The notes: a model not told the origin generated them from the sequence alone. A DNA stretch of 63,469 bases, filler included, from Basidiobolus ranarum (GCA_040143965.1; 6 parts of 6 records of this genome joined end to end with filler, not necessarily neighbours in it), one strand, 5' to 3'. Positions 12,573 to 24,912 are shown, numbered from the whole stretch's first letter. Program-made: numbers and translations.

Positions 12573-14009
12573 TTAGAGAAACCTCAATTGAGCAGTGGAA
12601 AAGACTGGTGGCGTCCACTTCAACGCTGAGGGCTCGATATAACGCTTAGACTTGGCTTTGGTCTGGTAATAGTGGTTTATCGCCTGATCGTTCAAGCAAA
12701 TGATATGCTGTCCATGATAGTACTTGAGAGAGTCGATGCTCTGAAGAGTATGTAAGACATCCTGAACGGTGATGGAAGTGGCAACAGATATGTCGCTTAG
12801 TGTGACTTCTCCCTTGAATTCAATCAGCAACTCTACAATGGTTTCAGCCCAGTAGGCTCGATAACCCAAGAGTCCCAGATCTGACAACGGCTTTTCTGGA
12901 GAACCAATCTTTTCCTCAATCTTGGAGAGTTCATACGAAAAGGAAATCAGAAGTTTGCCGAATCCCATACGCTGATATTGCGGTAGGGTTAAGATACAGG
13001 CTAAGTTGTATTCCTCAAGCGATTCTTTTTCCTTGGAAAAATAGCCAATTATGTGTGCACCATACTCGTCGTTCTTGGTCATAATGTAGAAGAGGAAGGG
13101 ATCTACGTCGTAATACAACGTTTTATGATCCAAGAAGAGCTTTGAAAGTAACGAGAGATTTCGACCGTAGGTTCTTTGTTTGCGTCCATCAATCTCAAAA
13201 AAAGAAATATCCTCATGTCGGTAAATTTCGTTGCCAGGAGGATGTAATAAAGTACACTTGGTTCGGTGACGTGAAAATGTCTTGAGAGTAAGGAAATAGC
13301 AAAGACAGAACTCACATATGTATATCAACTCTGCATGTGCATATTGCGGTGGGTAAGGTGAGAAATACCATCCTTCAATCTCATATTTTCCCATTTGTAT
13401 GCGATTTAGATTTTTGACCCGTGCAACTTCGTTAACACACTGGGTCATGGAGCCTGAAGTACGGAGTTTTTCTATCTCCTTCTCCTTGGAATAGGTCTCG
13501 GGGTGTTGTGAGCTCTGTCTTTCAGAATGGGGGGAATTTTCTTCTTCTACATCTGGTCTATCGTCTAATGGCGACGGGATCCCTAGAGGATTCCTTTCGT
13601 GAAAACCTGGACTTGATGGATCATGGATGGAAAGTTTTCGTTTTCTTCCTGGCCCTGGACCAGCTATTTTTGCTTTACGACCTCTTCCTGAGCTTTCTTG
13701 TGCGCCAGTAGTTAAATGCTTTCCTTTTTTATTCTTGGGAAATTCTACTCCTTTGCTCAAATCTAACTTTGAACCAGACACCCACTCGTCCAAACGTTTG
13801 TTAAATTCAACATAATGCACATAATATTCGGAAAGTATTGAGGTTTCCAGTTTTCTTATTGACAATATCTCAGCTTTACGATATTGGACCTCATTAGGTC
13901 CCATGATTTTCTCTACAAAAAGCTTGCATCCTACCCGTAAAGAATCGCTAGAAACTGTCTGGGTGTTCGAATATGAGGGCGAAGCTAGTTTCGGAGTATT
14001 GGTTACCAT
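12573..14009 (-). CDS. ESA1: MYST histone acetyltransferase Esa1/Tip60 (NuA4 catalytic subunit), single exon
   Basis: Tudor-knot YYVHYVEFNKRLDEWV, zinc finger CEFC..H..C, acetyl-CoA motif QYQRMGFG, catalytic GSPEKPLSDLG. Confidence 0.96.
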   Translation of the reverse strand: MVTNTPKLASPSYSNTQTVSSDSLRVGCKLFVEKIMGPNEVQYRKAEILSIRKLETSILSEYYVHYVEFNKRLDEWVSGSKLDLSKGVEFPKNKKGKHLTTGAQESSGRGRKAKIAGPGPGRKRKLSIHDPSSPGFHERNPLGIPSPLDDRPDVEEENSPHSERQSSQHPETYSKEKEIEKLRTSGSMTQCVNEVARVKNLNRIQMGKYEIEGWYFSPYPPQYAHAELIYICEFCLCYFLTLKTFSRHRTKCTLLHPPGNEIYRHEDISFFEIDGRKQRTYGRNLSLLSKLFLDHKTLYYDVDPFLFYIMTKNDEYGAHIIGYFSKEKESLEEYNLACILTLPQYQRMGFGKLLISFSYELSKIEEKIGSPEKPLSDLGLLGYRAYWAETIVELLIEFKGEVTLSDISVATSITVQDVLHTLQSIDSLKYYHGQHIICLNDQAINHYYQTKAKSKRYIEPSALKWTPPVFSTAQLRFL

Positions 14010-14310
14010 TTTCCCTACTACAGCTCAAAAATTTGCTTTGTTACTAATAAATTGGGGTGTGGTGATATGGATATGAAATGGGATTTGCTTTGAAAGAGAT
14101 TTGGAATGGAATTTTTCGGGAAAAAGAAAAGGATCTCAAAAGTTCATCACATGAATAAGCCACCAGAATGATACAAATTGATAATTCGGATGATATCGCA
14201 GGTATCTACTAGCAACTCATCGAATGGGCCAATATAATTGAAGTATGCTGGTGTTTGATTAAACTTTTAGTGATTGTAAGTTTCCTTGAGCCTTGGTGAA
14301 AATAAGCATC

Positions 14311-17300
14311 ATGGTATTCCCCCTAAGACTTTGTGGGACATTTGGTCCGGTAATTATAGATACTTTATTGAACTTTCTTTACGTTTTGTTATAGCGATAT
14401 CATAGCTAAATATTCTCTAAAGACACCGCTGCGAAATTTCAAGCACCTAAGTTTATTGTCAAAAAGCAATTTTAGTACTAGAGTGACTACGTTGAAAAAA
14501 TGGAATTGGACTAAATTTAGGTAAGGGTTAAAGTACTTGAAAATTGTTGAACTTTTACCTAATAAAAAATATATAGTGAGCACAATTTGGAGAAGCGTAC
14601 ATGGACAGGTGCGCATATTGCTTCATTAATCTTACTTTTTTAATGTACACATATATAATACCTAATGTGTAGAATTCAGCGCATCAGCTTTGCTTGTACC
14701 CAAGTTGAAGTACTTGAGCATACCAACCGGATATTTCGCTTTAAAGCTTTCCAAGAGTAACGTTCACTGTGACAGTCTGATACCGATCACAGACTCGCGA
14801 CTTCGGATTCTTCACGAGCAGTCACTCACTCGCCTCAAAGCCACCCAAAAAGTGCAACAAACAAAGCTGACCGGAGGAGCTTTAGCACAAGAGATATGGA
14901 CCTTACTAAAAAAAGACAAACTATTATTAGCAGCGGTGGTCATTACAGCTATGGGAGCGGCATTCGTAAGTCTGCTTACACCTTTGATTACGGGTGAATT
15001 GATAAATGTCATATCAAAAAGCATAGGAGGTTTGAGCAGTTCAGAGGGAGTGCATCAACTTATGGCAGAACTGAACTTACCTGCGTTGAAGTTATTCGGC
15101 CTATTCACTGCGCAAGGTTATAAGAACCTAAACTAATGATTGATGATGCAAGTTCCGATTACTAAACTGATTATTTATAGGTGTTTTGACCTTCGCGCAT
15201 ATATTCTTTGTCTCAGTGTTAGGAGAGAATGTAGCAAAAAGACTCAAGGAACAATTGTTTAGAGCCATCATTTCTCATGATATATATTTCTTTGATCATC
15301 ATAGATCAAACGAATTAATCGAGCGCTTGACTACTGATATTTCGGACTTTAAGGTAGCTAACACGATCGCTTCTTAATGCGAACATGCAACTAACCATCC
15401 TTGCATTACTCTAGCACACTTTCAAGATGTGCGTCACTCAGGTAAGCAAGTATTATTGAAGTCTTCCAAAACACGAGTACAAGTGCTCAATTATCAGAGA
15501 TATTTAGGGGTTGAAATCAATTACGCAGACTGTTGGAAGCGCAATACACCTCATCAAAATTTCGCCCTCGCTTACTTTGATCATGTGTTCCACTATGCCC
15601 TTTATGTATATTTTGCTCAATGTCTATGGCGCATTCTTACGTGAATTGCGCAAGAAATCTCGAGTCTGGGAAGGGTTGTCTTCCGGGATTGCCGGGGAGG
15701 TAAGACATGCATATATGAGATTGTCTTTGAAAGCATTCTAAGCGAAACCCGAACAGTCCATTTCCAATATCAGAACAGTCCGCGCCTTTGCTGCGGAGGA
15801 GACAGAGATTGAGCTGTACGACAAAGCTTGTGAACATGTTTCTCTTATGAATGCTCAGTTTGGATTTCACATGGGTTTGTTCAGAGGAACCACCATCGCT
15901 TCGATTGGAACTATGGTTTTGATTGTGTTGTATTATGGCGGCTCGATGGTGGCTAGAAATGAAATTAGCGCGGGTGACTTGATGACGTAAGTTTCCTAGT
16001 AACTCTACCCCAAGAAAAACATTAACCGAACATTCCCAGCTATATGATATCCACGCAAAATGCACAACGAGCATTAGGTAATCTAAACAGTGCTCTTGAC
16101 TGAGTTATTGATGTGTTAACTTTGCGATTAACATAGATTCACTCGGAGGATTATTCGGCCAAACATTGAAGGCCATGAGTTCAGCATCTCGAGTATTCGA
16201 GTTCATTCATTTGGAGCCTACGACTCCACTTGTGGGCGGTCTTAAGCCAGATTCTGTGAACGGGTCAATCGAATTCCGTAACATCTACTTTACTTACCCA
16301 TCTCGACCGGATCAAGTGATCCTTGAGAATTTCAACTTGAAAATCCCAGTTGGAAAGATGGTTGCCCTCTGTGGACCTTCTGGAAGTGGGAAATCTACGG
16401 TGGCCGCGTTGTTGGAGCGCTTTTATGAGCCCCAGGAGGGAGATATCTACTTGGATGATAACTCTATCAGCGAATTGGACCCCAGTTGGATACGTGAGCA
16501 CATTGGATACATCAATCAGGAGCCCATCTTATTTGCCACCAGCATCTTTGAAAATATCAGATATGGAAAACCCGATGCTACGTTAGAAGAAGTCAAGGAA
16601 GCTGCAGAGAAAGCAAACGCTGCAATGTTTATTGATTCCTTCCCCCGTGGATACGACACTGTTTTAGGCGAGAGAGGTGTTACGTTATCTGGCGGTGCGT
16701 GAGGTTAGATTGCACAATTAAATGTTTCCCACAACTAAATGATTACTTTTCATTCAGGTCAGAAACAAAGAATCGCCATCGCCAGAGCTATTTTGAAGGA
16801 TCCCAAGGTAAATATATGTTGAATATCTTCCTTTCCTATAGATAGCGTCTAACGTTTTACGAAAGGTATTGATCCTTGACGAGGCTACTAGTGCATTAGA
16901 TAGTAAGTTGATGGTTTCATTCATATTGCTTCATACATGTTAACAGTTTATTAGCTCATTCGGAAAAGATCGTCCAAGACGCATTAGAAACACTCATGAA
17001 GGATAGGACTGTGTTAGTAATTGCACATAGACTAACAACCATCCAGTCAGCAGGTATGTGGTGGCTCTATTGTTGTCTTTCCATTTTCGCCAACTAATAC
17101 AAACCTAACATTATTAGATCTGATTGTAATTCTTCACTTTTTCTTCATTTCTGTAAATATAACCGTCATTTACTCTTTGATTGAACTCTATATATTTTAT
17201 TAGGTGGTTATGGGTAGACCAGACAAGCATGGCCATAATAATATCTTGGAAATGGGTGAGTTGTACTCGTTGAACTCTGACCATTAACTATGGATCACTA

Positions 17301-17384
17301 ACTCCCAATTCAGGTACCCATGAAGAACTGATGAAGAAGCGTGGAAGATACTTCCAGCTCTACAATCAACTTGCTGAAGAATAA
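14311..17384 (+). CDS. Mitochondrial half-size ABC transporter, ABCB8/Mdl-like, many exons; start uncertain
   Basis: ABC membrane domain ([31 protein letters not shown]), Walker [10 protein letters not shown], signature [14 protein letters not shown], Walker [14 protein letters not shown]-loop IAHRLTT. Stop TAA at 17382-17384. Confidence 0.92.
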
Positions 17385-17780
17385 GCCATATCAACAACCA
17401 AATCATAGAAGGACCAACCCTAGTGATTAGCACCTTCCACCTTCACCTTCCACATCTTAAACATTAAACATCTACATGAGTGATCTTTATTTGATAATAG
17501 ATAATACCAAGTTGCATGATCAAGAGCATAATGAATTGTATCGTTCTTATAGTATGGAGTGGGATCAATCGCTTTATGTTATTATCTGATGTGTGAATCC
17601 GGAAGGATCAGTAACAATACGTTGCTATATATATATATGCTGCTATATACCTTAGCCATTAGCATACCCATTATCCACTCCATCCAATCAGATAAAACCA
17701 GCATCAGATTACGCTGCTACATATCTGATTGAGTATGAGCGAATTGCGAATTGTTGATTCCAACTTCAATGATATATAAA

Positions 17781-17792
17781 CCCCAGATAAAT
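17781..17792 (-). promoter_or_regulatory. Candidate Mig1/CreA binding site (ATTTATCTGGGG)
   Basis: CCCCAGATAAAT on + matches the WWWWWNSYGGGG consensus on -, about 230 bp upstream of the CreA-like gene. Confidence 0.35.
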
Positions 17793-18017
17793 TCATTTTT
17801 TGATTGTCCTAATTCGTAGGGATCCCAGCTTAGGCTGAACAGGATGAATCACCTTTTCTAAGCAATCATTCGTCAGTAAGGTGTCACCATCAAGCATCTG
17901 ATAAGTACTGCAGTACAACATCGATTGGTGTTGAGAGAGATAGGGACATACATATAAAAAGCTTTCAAACTGGGGAAGCCCTTCCTGACTTTATTCATCT
18001 TTGAATTCTCACGTATA

Positions 18018-18638
18018 ATGGAAACAAGTAAAATAGTTTCTCCTGATGAAGCTTCGGCATTATTAGCCACCATGGATAAATTGGTGATCCCTAGACCTTA
18101 CAAGTGCCCTTTGTGCGATAAAGCATTTTATCGTATCGAACATAGATCACGTCACATACGCATTCACACTGGCGAAAAACCACATCAATGTACACACAAG
18201 GACTGCTTGAAGCGTTTCTCTCGACTAGACGAATTAATACGCCATGAAAAGATCCACACAAGACCTAGCAAGCGAGGTCGTAAACCAAAGAACCCTATTC
18301 CTGACACACCTCGTAACCCTCCACCTCAAACCCTGAATGCTATCTATATTCCTAATACCGAAATTCTATGGAGTGCGGAAGAGCAGAAAGAGGTTTCTCC
18401 ACGATCGAACTCTCCCAACTCTGAAAGTGATGGCTCCCTTTCTACACCACAATCATCCCCCAGAGCTTCACCTAGCTCAGCAACATACCCTTCCTTAGTA
18501 ACTCCCCTTTCACTTGGTGACAAAAGTTTGCCAAGCTTACCTGGATTTTCAGAGCTGATGAGTCGTATACCGTATACCAATATATCAACACATCACCTTC
18601 CTACTCCGAAAGAGACTTGCAGTTTTTTTTGCCAGTAA
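18018..18638 (+). CDS. creA: C2H2 zinc-finger transcription factor, CreA/Mig1-like carbon catabolite repressor
   Basis: [52 protein letters not shown], a Ser/Pro-rich middle and an LP-rich tail ([10 protein letters not shown]). It may be one of several paralogues. Confidence 0.75.
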   Translation: METSKIVSPDEASALLATMDKLVIPRPYKCPLCDKAFYRIEHRSRHIRIHTGEKPHQCTHKDCLKRFSRLDELIRHEKIHTRPSKRGRKPKNPIPDTPRNPPPQTLNAIYIPNTEILWSAEEQKEVSPRSNSPNSESDGSLSTPQSSPRASPSSATYPSLVTPLSLGDKSLPSLPGFSELMSRIPYTNISTHHLPTPKETCSFFCQ

Positions 18639-19706
18639 TAGGCTTTGTAATGTATACTATATGATGTGATATCTAGAAGAGATGGCGACCATCATTGGCT
18701 GAATGCCTTTTTGTAAATAAATCAATTGTTACATATAATTGTTGCGTGATACCTGATCCCTTTTCTATCTGATTCTAAATTCTGCGGGGCCCCATACAGT
18801 GATCTAATCTAAAATGAGATGAACCTCCATTCTTAGCTGAATTTATAAACATCTCCATCTTTTTCTGATTAAAAAACTCAACTAGACATTCGCAAAAAAT
18901 TGGAGATAAGCCCAGACACATGGCAAAAGAAACTTACTCTGTATCAAATGTTTAGTGTAGCAATAGCCACACAGGATTATGTACTTTTTTCGTGGGTCGA
19001 CTGCTACTAGTGACGAGATACCCTTTCTTTTATGCCCTCTCTTTTATACCCGATGGACAGAGGTTCCTTCAATCTGCAAAAACGTTCTGGTCTTTCCCCA
19101 TTTGAGCGCAAGTTAAAGTAGCAGCCAGGTTACGATTCCAAAGACGAAGGTGAGAATCTTCAGTAGTTGCCTCAATGGTGTTGGCCACAACCTTTAAACA
19201 CTGTTGGTTGTTGTACCTGAACAGAATTACTTGCATATAAAAGGGTTGTTAAGATACAGTCAATAATAACAAATCAATACAAAGTATACAATGCAAATGG
19301 TATTCAAGAACAGACAGTGTAGTTGCCATTGGGATCAGCAGTTAGCTGGAAGTTGGGTTAGGCAAAGTTACTTAGCATAGAGTTCAACAGCCGGTATGAA
19401 CTGGACAAATTCGCCTGACGAGAGTAACTCACCAACAATAGTAATAATAACTATGAATATATACATATATATATTGACATTAGGTTACCACAGAGGATAC
19501 TCAGCCACCATTAGGCTTGGTACAGTCAAAGCTGTCAGAGTTCACCCAATTTAGGGTTAAGTATTTCCACCCTACCTTGGGTTAACTGAACATGAATATA
19601 CGTATTTGACAATGTTGATGTTTGAGTTAGGCTAAGCGAAGTTACATGAAAAAGTAATACATGATAGCATTGTCCTTGAACTAGAACTGTCCTTGCAGTA
19701 GTCAAA

Positions 19707-20621
19707 TTATTCCCTTCTCTCCTCCTTCACCTCATATTCTATTTCTTCTGTTGATGACTCATTCAACAGTCTTACCCTTGTTTGCATTTTTATTTTAAGA
19801 CTTTTCATCGTCTCAGGATCATGGCTTGCTAACCCAATTGAATAAATACTGAGAGGGTGAAGTAGCATCTCTCCACTTGTCTTGTACGCGATCATTTGTT
19901 TATCTGCCATGGTCTTATGATACCCTAAAGTACGATATCCAGCATTGGGTACTTGTCGCTCATATTCATCCTTTGGGAACGCATCAAAGAACTCTAGCTT
20001 CTCAGAAAACCTCACTCGATAAAAACCAACTTTTCCATTACGAAAGCACGATTTCTTCGGCAAGCTCTGTGGTATTACATTGATGCTGCGAGCTCTCCAT
20101 TCTCTCATTAAATCAGATTGAGGGGCTTCAGGGTCATATGTATCTTCTACTTCGTCATCAATGAATCCTAAGCCCATGACTTCTTCCTCTGTATTTGATT
20201 GATACTTCTTAAAGCTAAGCCTCAAGAGCGTTTTCAACCAGGACTCTTGCTTTCTAGTGTTGAAAGAAGCAAACTGTCTTCGTCCCTCTTCGCTCTTTCT
20301 ATACTTTTCATAGCTTGGGTATGAAAGTGGATTGGTATCTGCTTCTGCATAGGCTTTAACCTGCTTCGTTCTTTCGCTCACTCGTTTAGAAAGGAGTTCA
20401 ATTTTTTCTTTGATTTCTACGGAGTAACTTGCCCTTTCTTCCAGTAAAGTTAATTCTTCTTTAGCCTCGAATAAGTCAGCTAAATAGTCAATATGCGTAT
20501 TGTACTTGGCTATTTCTTGGTCGAATAACAAGGTGTAGATTGATTTTGGTGACACTTTGCCAAAAAAAGCCGCCTCAGGTGGGTAGTATGGTGTAGAATG
20601 AGATCCCAAAATAGAAAACAT
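19707..20621 (-). CDS. Hypothetical protein with a coiled coil and a putative C-terminal PP1-docking (RVxF) module
   Basis: Open frame of about 300 codons containing RVRFSEKLEFFDAFPKDEYER...AYKTSGEMLLHPLS. The 5' end is uncertain (possible upstream exon near 20652-20710). Confidence 0.6.
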   Translation of the reverse strand: MFSILGSHSTPYYPPEAAFFGKVSPKSIYTLLFDQEIAKYNTHIDYLADLFEAKEELTLLEERASYSVEIKEKIELLSKRVSERTKQVKAYAEADTNPLSYPSYEKYRKSEEGRRQFASFNTRKQESWLKTLLRLSFKKYQSNTEEEVMGLGFIDDEVEDTYDPEAPQSDLMREWRARSINVIPQSLPKKSCFRNGKVGFYRVRFSEKLEFFDAFPKDEYERQVPNAGYRTLGYHKTMADKQMIAYKTSGEMLLHPLSIYSIGLASHDPETMKSLKIKMQTRVRLLNESSTEEIEYEVKEERRE

Positions 20622-21116
20622 AGGAAGCAATGATGAGCATCAAACTCTCACCTCGGCTTTAAGGAGCTTTTCATCCAATGATCTTTTCTCATCAGCAGCC
20701 AATTAAGCATAAGGATCTCATTTTCGTCTGTTATAGTTAACTCGGATCAAATACATAGGAATACAATAAATGCATTGAAATAAATGTATTGTAATCAGAT
20801 TTAGTTCATCACTATATTATAAGCTTGGCACTGAGATAAAATGAAGCTCAAATAGTGCATTATTGAATCTTTCTTCATTTGGTGTTCCTTATTACCAATT
20901 CCAAGGCTTAATTTCAAAGAATTTACAACGAATCCAACCAAAAATGTTTATTGTGCATTATTTAAGGTATGTAACTGACCATTAAGTTCATTAAACAGGA
21001 ACTTTTAGGGATAATATTTGACTTACTTGATCATTATATACTACTGCTCAGTTCATGCTTACATTCTTAACATTATGCCCAACAGGCTTGTTGCACTTGA
21101 TACTCCTTCATACATT

Positions 21117-21216
21117 NNNNNNNNNNNNNNNNNNNNNNNNNNNNNNNNNNNNNNNNNNNNTTAATTAATTAANNNNNNNNNNNNNNNNNNNNNNNNNNNN
21201 NNNNNNNNNNNNNNNN
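21117..21216. other. Assembly gap/linker
   Basis: N-run with TTAATTAATTAA. Confidence 0.99.
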
Positions 21217-21499
21217 AGCCAACATGACTGAGAGTGAAGCCAAGCTTGTTATTGGTGGTGAGACCGCCATGTGGGGAGAACAAGTTGATGGTGTTAACTT
21301 TGACTCTCGTGTATGGCCCCGTGCTTCTTCCTCCGCTGAAGTTCTCTGGAGCGGCAACAAGCTTACCAACGGCACCATCAGACCCACTGCTGATGTTTCC
21401 CCCAGAATTAATGAGATGCGGGCTCGTCTTGTTGATCGTGGAATTGCTGCTTCTACTCTCCAACCTCTCTGGTGTCAACGTTTCCCTGGCATGTGCTAG
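21217..21499 (+). CDS. C-terminus of a GH20 beta-N-acetylhexosaminidase
   Basis: LVIGGETAMWGEQVD..FDSRVWPRASSSAEVLWS and RLVDRGIAASTLQPLWC..PGMC form the canonical GH20 C-terminal end. Confidence 0.93.
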
Positions 21500-21974
21500 A
21501 CCACCTGGCATCGCTTGTATCTCAGTTCGCCTTTCTATTTGGGCAGCTTATATCGACAAGATATTCCAACAATTTTTTACATATTCTTTTTAGAGATCTA
21601 ACGAAACTCAATACTTGTAAAGCATAGAGAGATCACCGTGATGAATCGAGGATACTATACATTCTCATTTTATCAAATAAAAAACTCAGTGTCTATAAAT
21701 ATATATCACCGAAGTCGTATATTTACCATGTTTTTAGAGGATTCGTGGGTTTATTTCAGCTTTTCGCCATTTATTTTAGTCTGTTGCCAAGGTCGGAGTT
21801 TAAGGAAGTTTAGGGGAAGAACGAAAGCAATCCGACATATATACCAAGTGGCACTTATGCTCAGGTCTGATCTATATTTGGATTGCTATACACTATTGAA
21901 TAGACTCCTCATTCACCAATCACTACTCAGCTGTCATATGACTTGACGATACAATGTTAGTTAAGGATGTTATA

Positions 21975-22076
21975 ATGATCTTTGCATTCATGATATTGAT
22001 TTCCAGTCTAGTCATGATCTTTGCATTCTTGAGATTGAATGATCTTTGCATTCTTGAGATTGAATGATCTTTACAT
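21975..22076 (+). repeat. 25-bp minisatellite ATGATCTTTGCATTCTTGAGATTGA (about 3.5 copies)
   Basis: Copies start at 21975 (diverged), 22014, 22039 and 22064 (partial). Confidence 0.9.
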
Positions 22077-22601
22077 CAACTCCACCATTTTCTTGTCGAT
22101 CTGTATTAACTACGAAAGATTCCTGTTCTTGGTCTGACAGATGTTTAATTTATCCAAATAATGGTGGTGACCAATTTAGGAGCCGAGCTTTATTTCGCTG
22201 TCATTTCAAAGGAAGGATCACCTTTAACCATATCAAACCACCCAAATGCTCTCTTACCGATAAATCCGCTACACGGAAGTGTATTACTCATTTTATTAAA
22301 CCTAAATCGTCCTAAATCCGGTCTAGCGAGCGATTACTCCAGTAACATATGAAGTCTATTGGTGGGAAATCCCTAAATGTGTGTGGGTGAGAAATTCACT
22401 ATTCCAATCTTATTACAATACCATTGAACTCCTATAAGAAAGTCGCCAGTTGTGAGGATATCTCTCTGTACTTCATTTGTCTGACTACTTTTACTGTCAA
22501 AACCCTTGACCGCATCCATACCCGTACCAACGAAAACCCCGTCAAGAATATTTCTAAAAGTACCCAATATAAACACTAGTGTTCAATAGGCTTTATTTGG
22601 G

Positions 22602-24030
22602 ATGTCCAACTCTAAATCGAACTTGATTCGAATAACCAACGGACGCGTGGTTATAAATGGGCGAATTGAAGAAGAAGAGACGCTCTGGATTCAGGATGGA
22701 AAGTTCATTGACCCTGAACGAACCTTTTGGGAGCAACGTATTGTACCGGATACGATTATTGATGCCCAAGGAATGCTAGTCTCTCCTGGGTATATTGACA
22801 TACAAGTCAATGGTGCGGTAGGGGTTGACTTCACCGCCGATAGGGATAATATTGTTGAAGGATTGGACCTCGTATCTAAGGCTTTGTTACGTTTTGGTTG
22901 TACCGCCTACTGCCCTACTTTAGTAAGCTCATTTCCTGATGCCTACAGAGAGTTACTACCGCACTTGAAAAAGAGACAGGGAAATATCCATGATGGGGCC
23001 GAGATATTAGGTAACTTGCATGTTCACGAGTCATGGTACCCAAATCACACATGTGCACGTGTTTAATCATCCTGTTGTCACAAATCATTAACATGATGTA
23101 TACGTCATAGGTGTTCATCTAGAAGGCCCATTCATTTCTCCAGCCAAGTTTGGTGCACACCAGCTGGAGACTTTGTCCATATCTCCGAATGGAGTAGTAG
23201 ACTTCGAAGCATGCTATGGATTCAAACTTGGTTCACCCAGTGCTGAGCACATTGCATTTATTACGGTTGCACCGGAAATGGAAGGAGTCATGGAAGTCAT
23301 TCCGCAACTTGTAGAGGCCGGAATTCAAGTCAGTATCGGTCACTCCGGTGCAACTACATCGGAGGCTGAAAAAGCTATATCAAATGGGGCATCTATGGTG
23401 ACACATATGTTCAATGCTATGCAACAAGTAAGTGTTAGACTTATCAATTAACTGTAAGAATGGATTATTCAAGAGGTTTCTTTAGTTTCACCACCGTGAC
23501 CCTGGAATCATTGGGATTCTCGGCAGTGCCCAATGCAATCCTTACTTTGGTATAATTTGTGATGGGATTCATTGTCATCCGAACTCCGTAAAAATCGCTC
23601 ATACTGCTCATCCAGATGGAGTGGTATTAGTCACCGATGCTATGAGTGCCATGGGACTCCCTCCAGGTGAGTATCATATTGGGAATATGAAGGTTGATAA
23701 AAGTGAGGATAGAGTATACATTCAAGGAACCACTATCCTCGCAGGAAGGTAACAGTTGCAACACTTATATATTAGTTGACTTGAAGCTAATCGCTGTTTC
23801 TTAAATTTAGCGTTATAACGATTGACGCGTGTGTACGCAATTTCAGACTCTTCACTGGATGCAGCATCATCGAGGCGATAGAAGCAGCAACATTACATCC
23901 TGCTCGAGCGCTGGGGATAACTCATAAGAAGGGAACATTCCAGAGTGGAGCCGATGCGGATTTCATCTTTCTGGATGATGAATTGAGAGTCAAAAGAGTA
24001 TTCGTCGCCGGCGAAGAGGTCTTAATTTAG
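22602..24030 (+). CDS. nagA: N-acetylglucosamine-6-phosphate deacetylase (NagA/Dac1/AMDHD2), 4 exons
   Basis: PGYIDIQVNG, HLEGPFIS, GHSGAT, THMFNAM, VTDAM and LHPARALG motifs. Exons about 22602-23010, 23111-23427, 23486-23748, 23811-24030. Confidence 0.96.
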
Positions 24031-24912
24031 TTCTCCTACACAACCTTAATACTCAATTCCACATATTTGAAACTAATTTTCATTAAATATTTATTGTACT
24101 CAAGTCTTTATTGAGCTCCAGTCAATCATATGCATCTTTTTTGCGATTTGTTTGAGGCGGAGAACAAGTTCACTCTCCACCTTGTTCACCACTACTACTT
24201 CAATGATTACTAAAACAGTGTTCACGGATCCTAGAAGCCTGGATTAGCATTTCTATAATAGTGTTTATGAAGCTTTGAAGAATGGGTGTACATTTCCAAA
24301 TATGGAAAGTAGGGAAGAAATATAGCCATCAACATATCGAAGCAAAACCAGCTCTGCAGTTCACAAATTCCCACTGAACAACACTCGTGACTAAAAGAGT
24401 GGGATTTCTCTATCGTCATATGGTTCCCCAAAAATGGCATCCTTTCTAGGCAACTCCGCTGCTCCTATGTGAGACCTTAGGTATCGGTTGGGGGAAAACT
24501 CGCCATACCATTGTGGCGGAGTATGAATTGATTGTTGATAAATAGAAATAGAGTGAAGGCATCAGACCAGATTCAGTACTCTTTCAGTCCAACAATACAG
24601 AGCTCATGTGGTTCTATGATCGTATGGAGATCACTACCACTCTGGAGGGCTTTCCCTATGTCTCGTACAAATCCGGTTTAGGATGAAATGGGTCGATTTA
24701 CAAGTTTAGTTGGAATGCTTCCCACTCCTTGATATCTACTGGGGTATAAAAGTAGATTGAGCTCAGAGGAACAACGGCGCTTTTGACTATCCATTCCTTG
24801 GCAGATATATACTTTGTGTTTTACTGTTGTAGGCGAATCTATCCTCCCCTTTAATTCCAATTGAGTGCTTCACTGGCCTTACAATAGCATAAAGAGCACA
24901 ATACAAATATAA

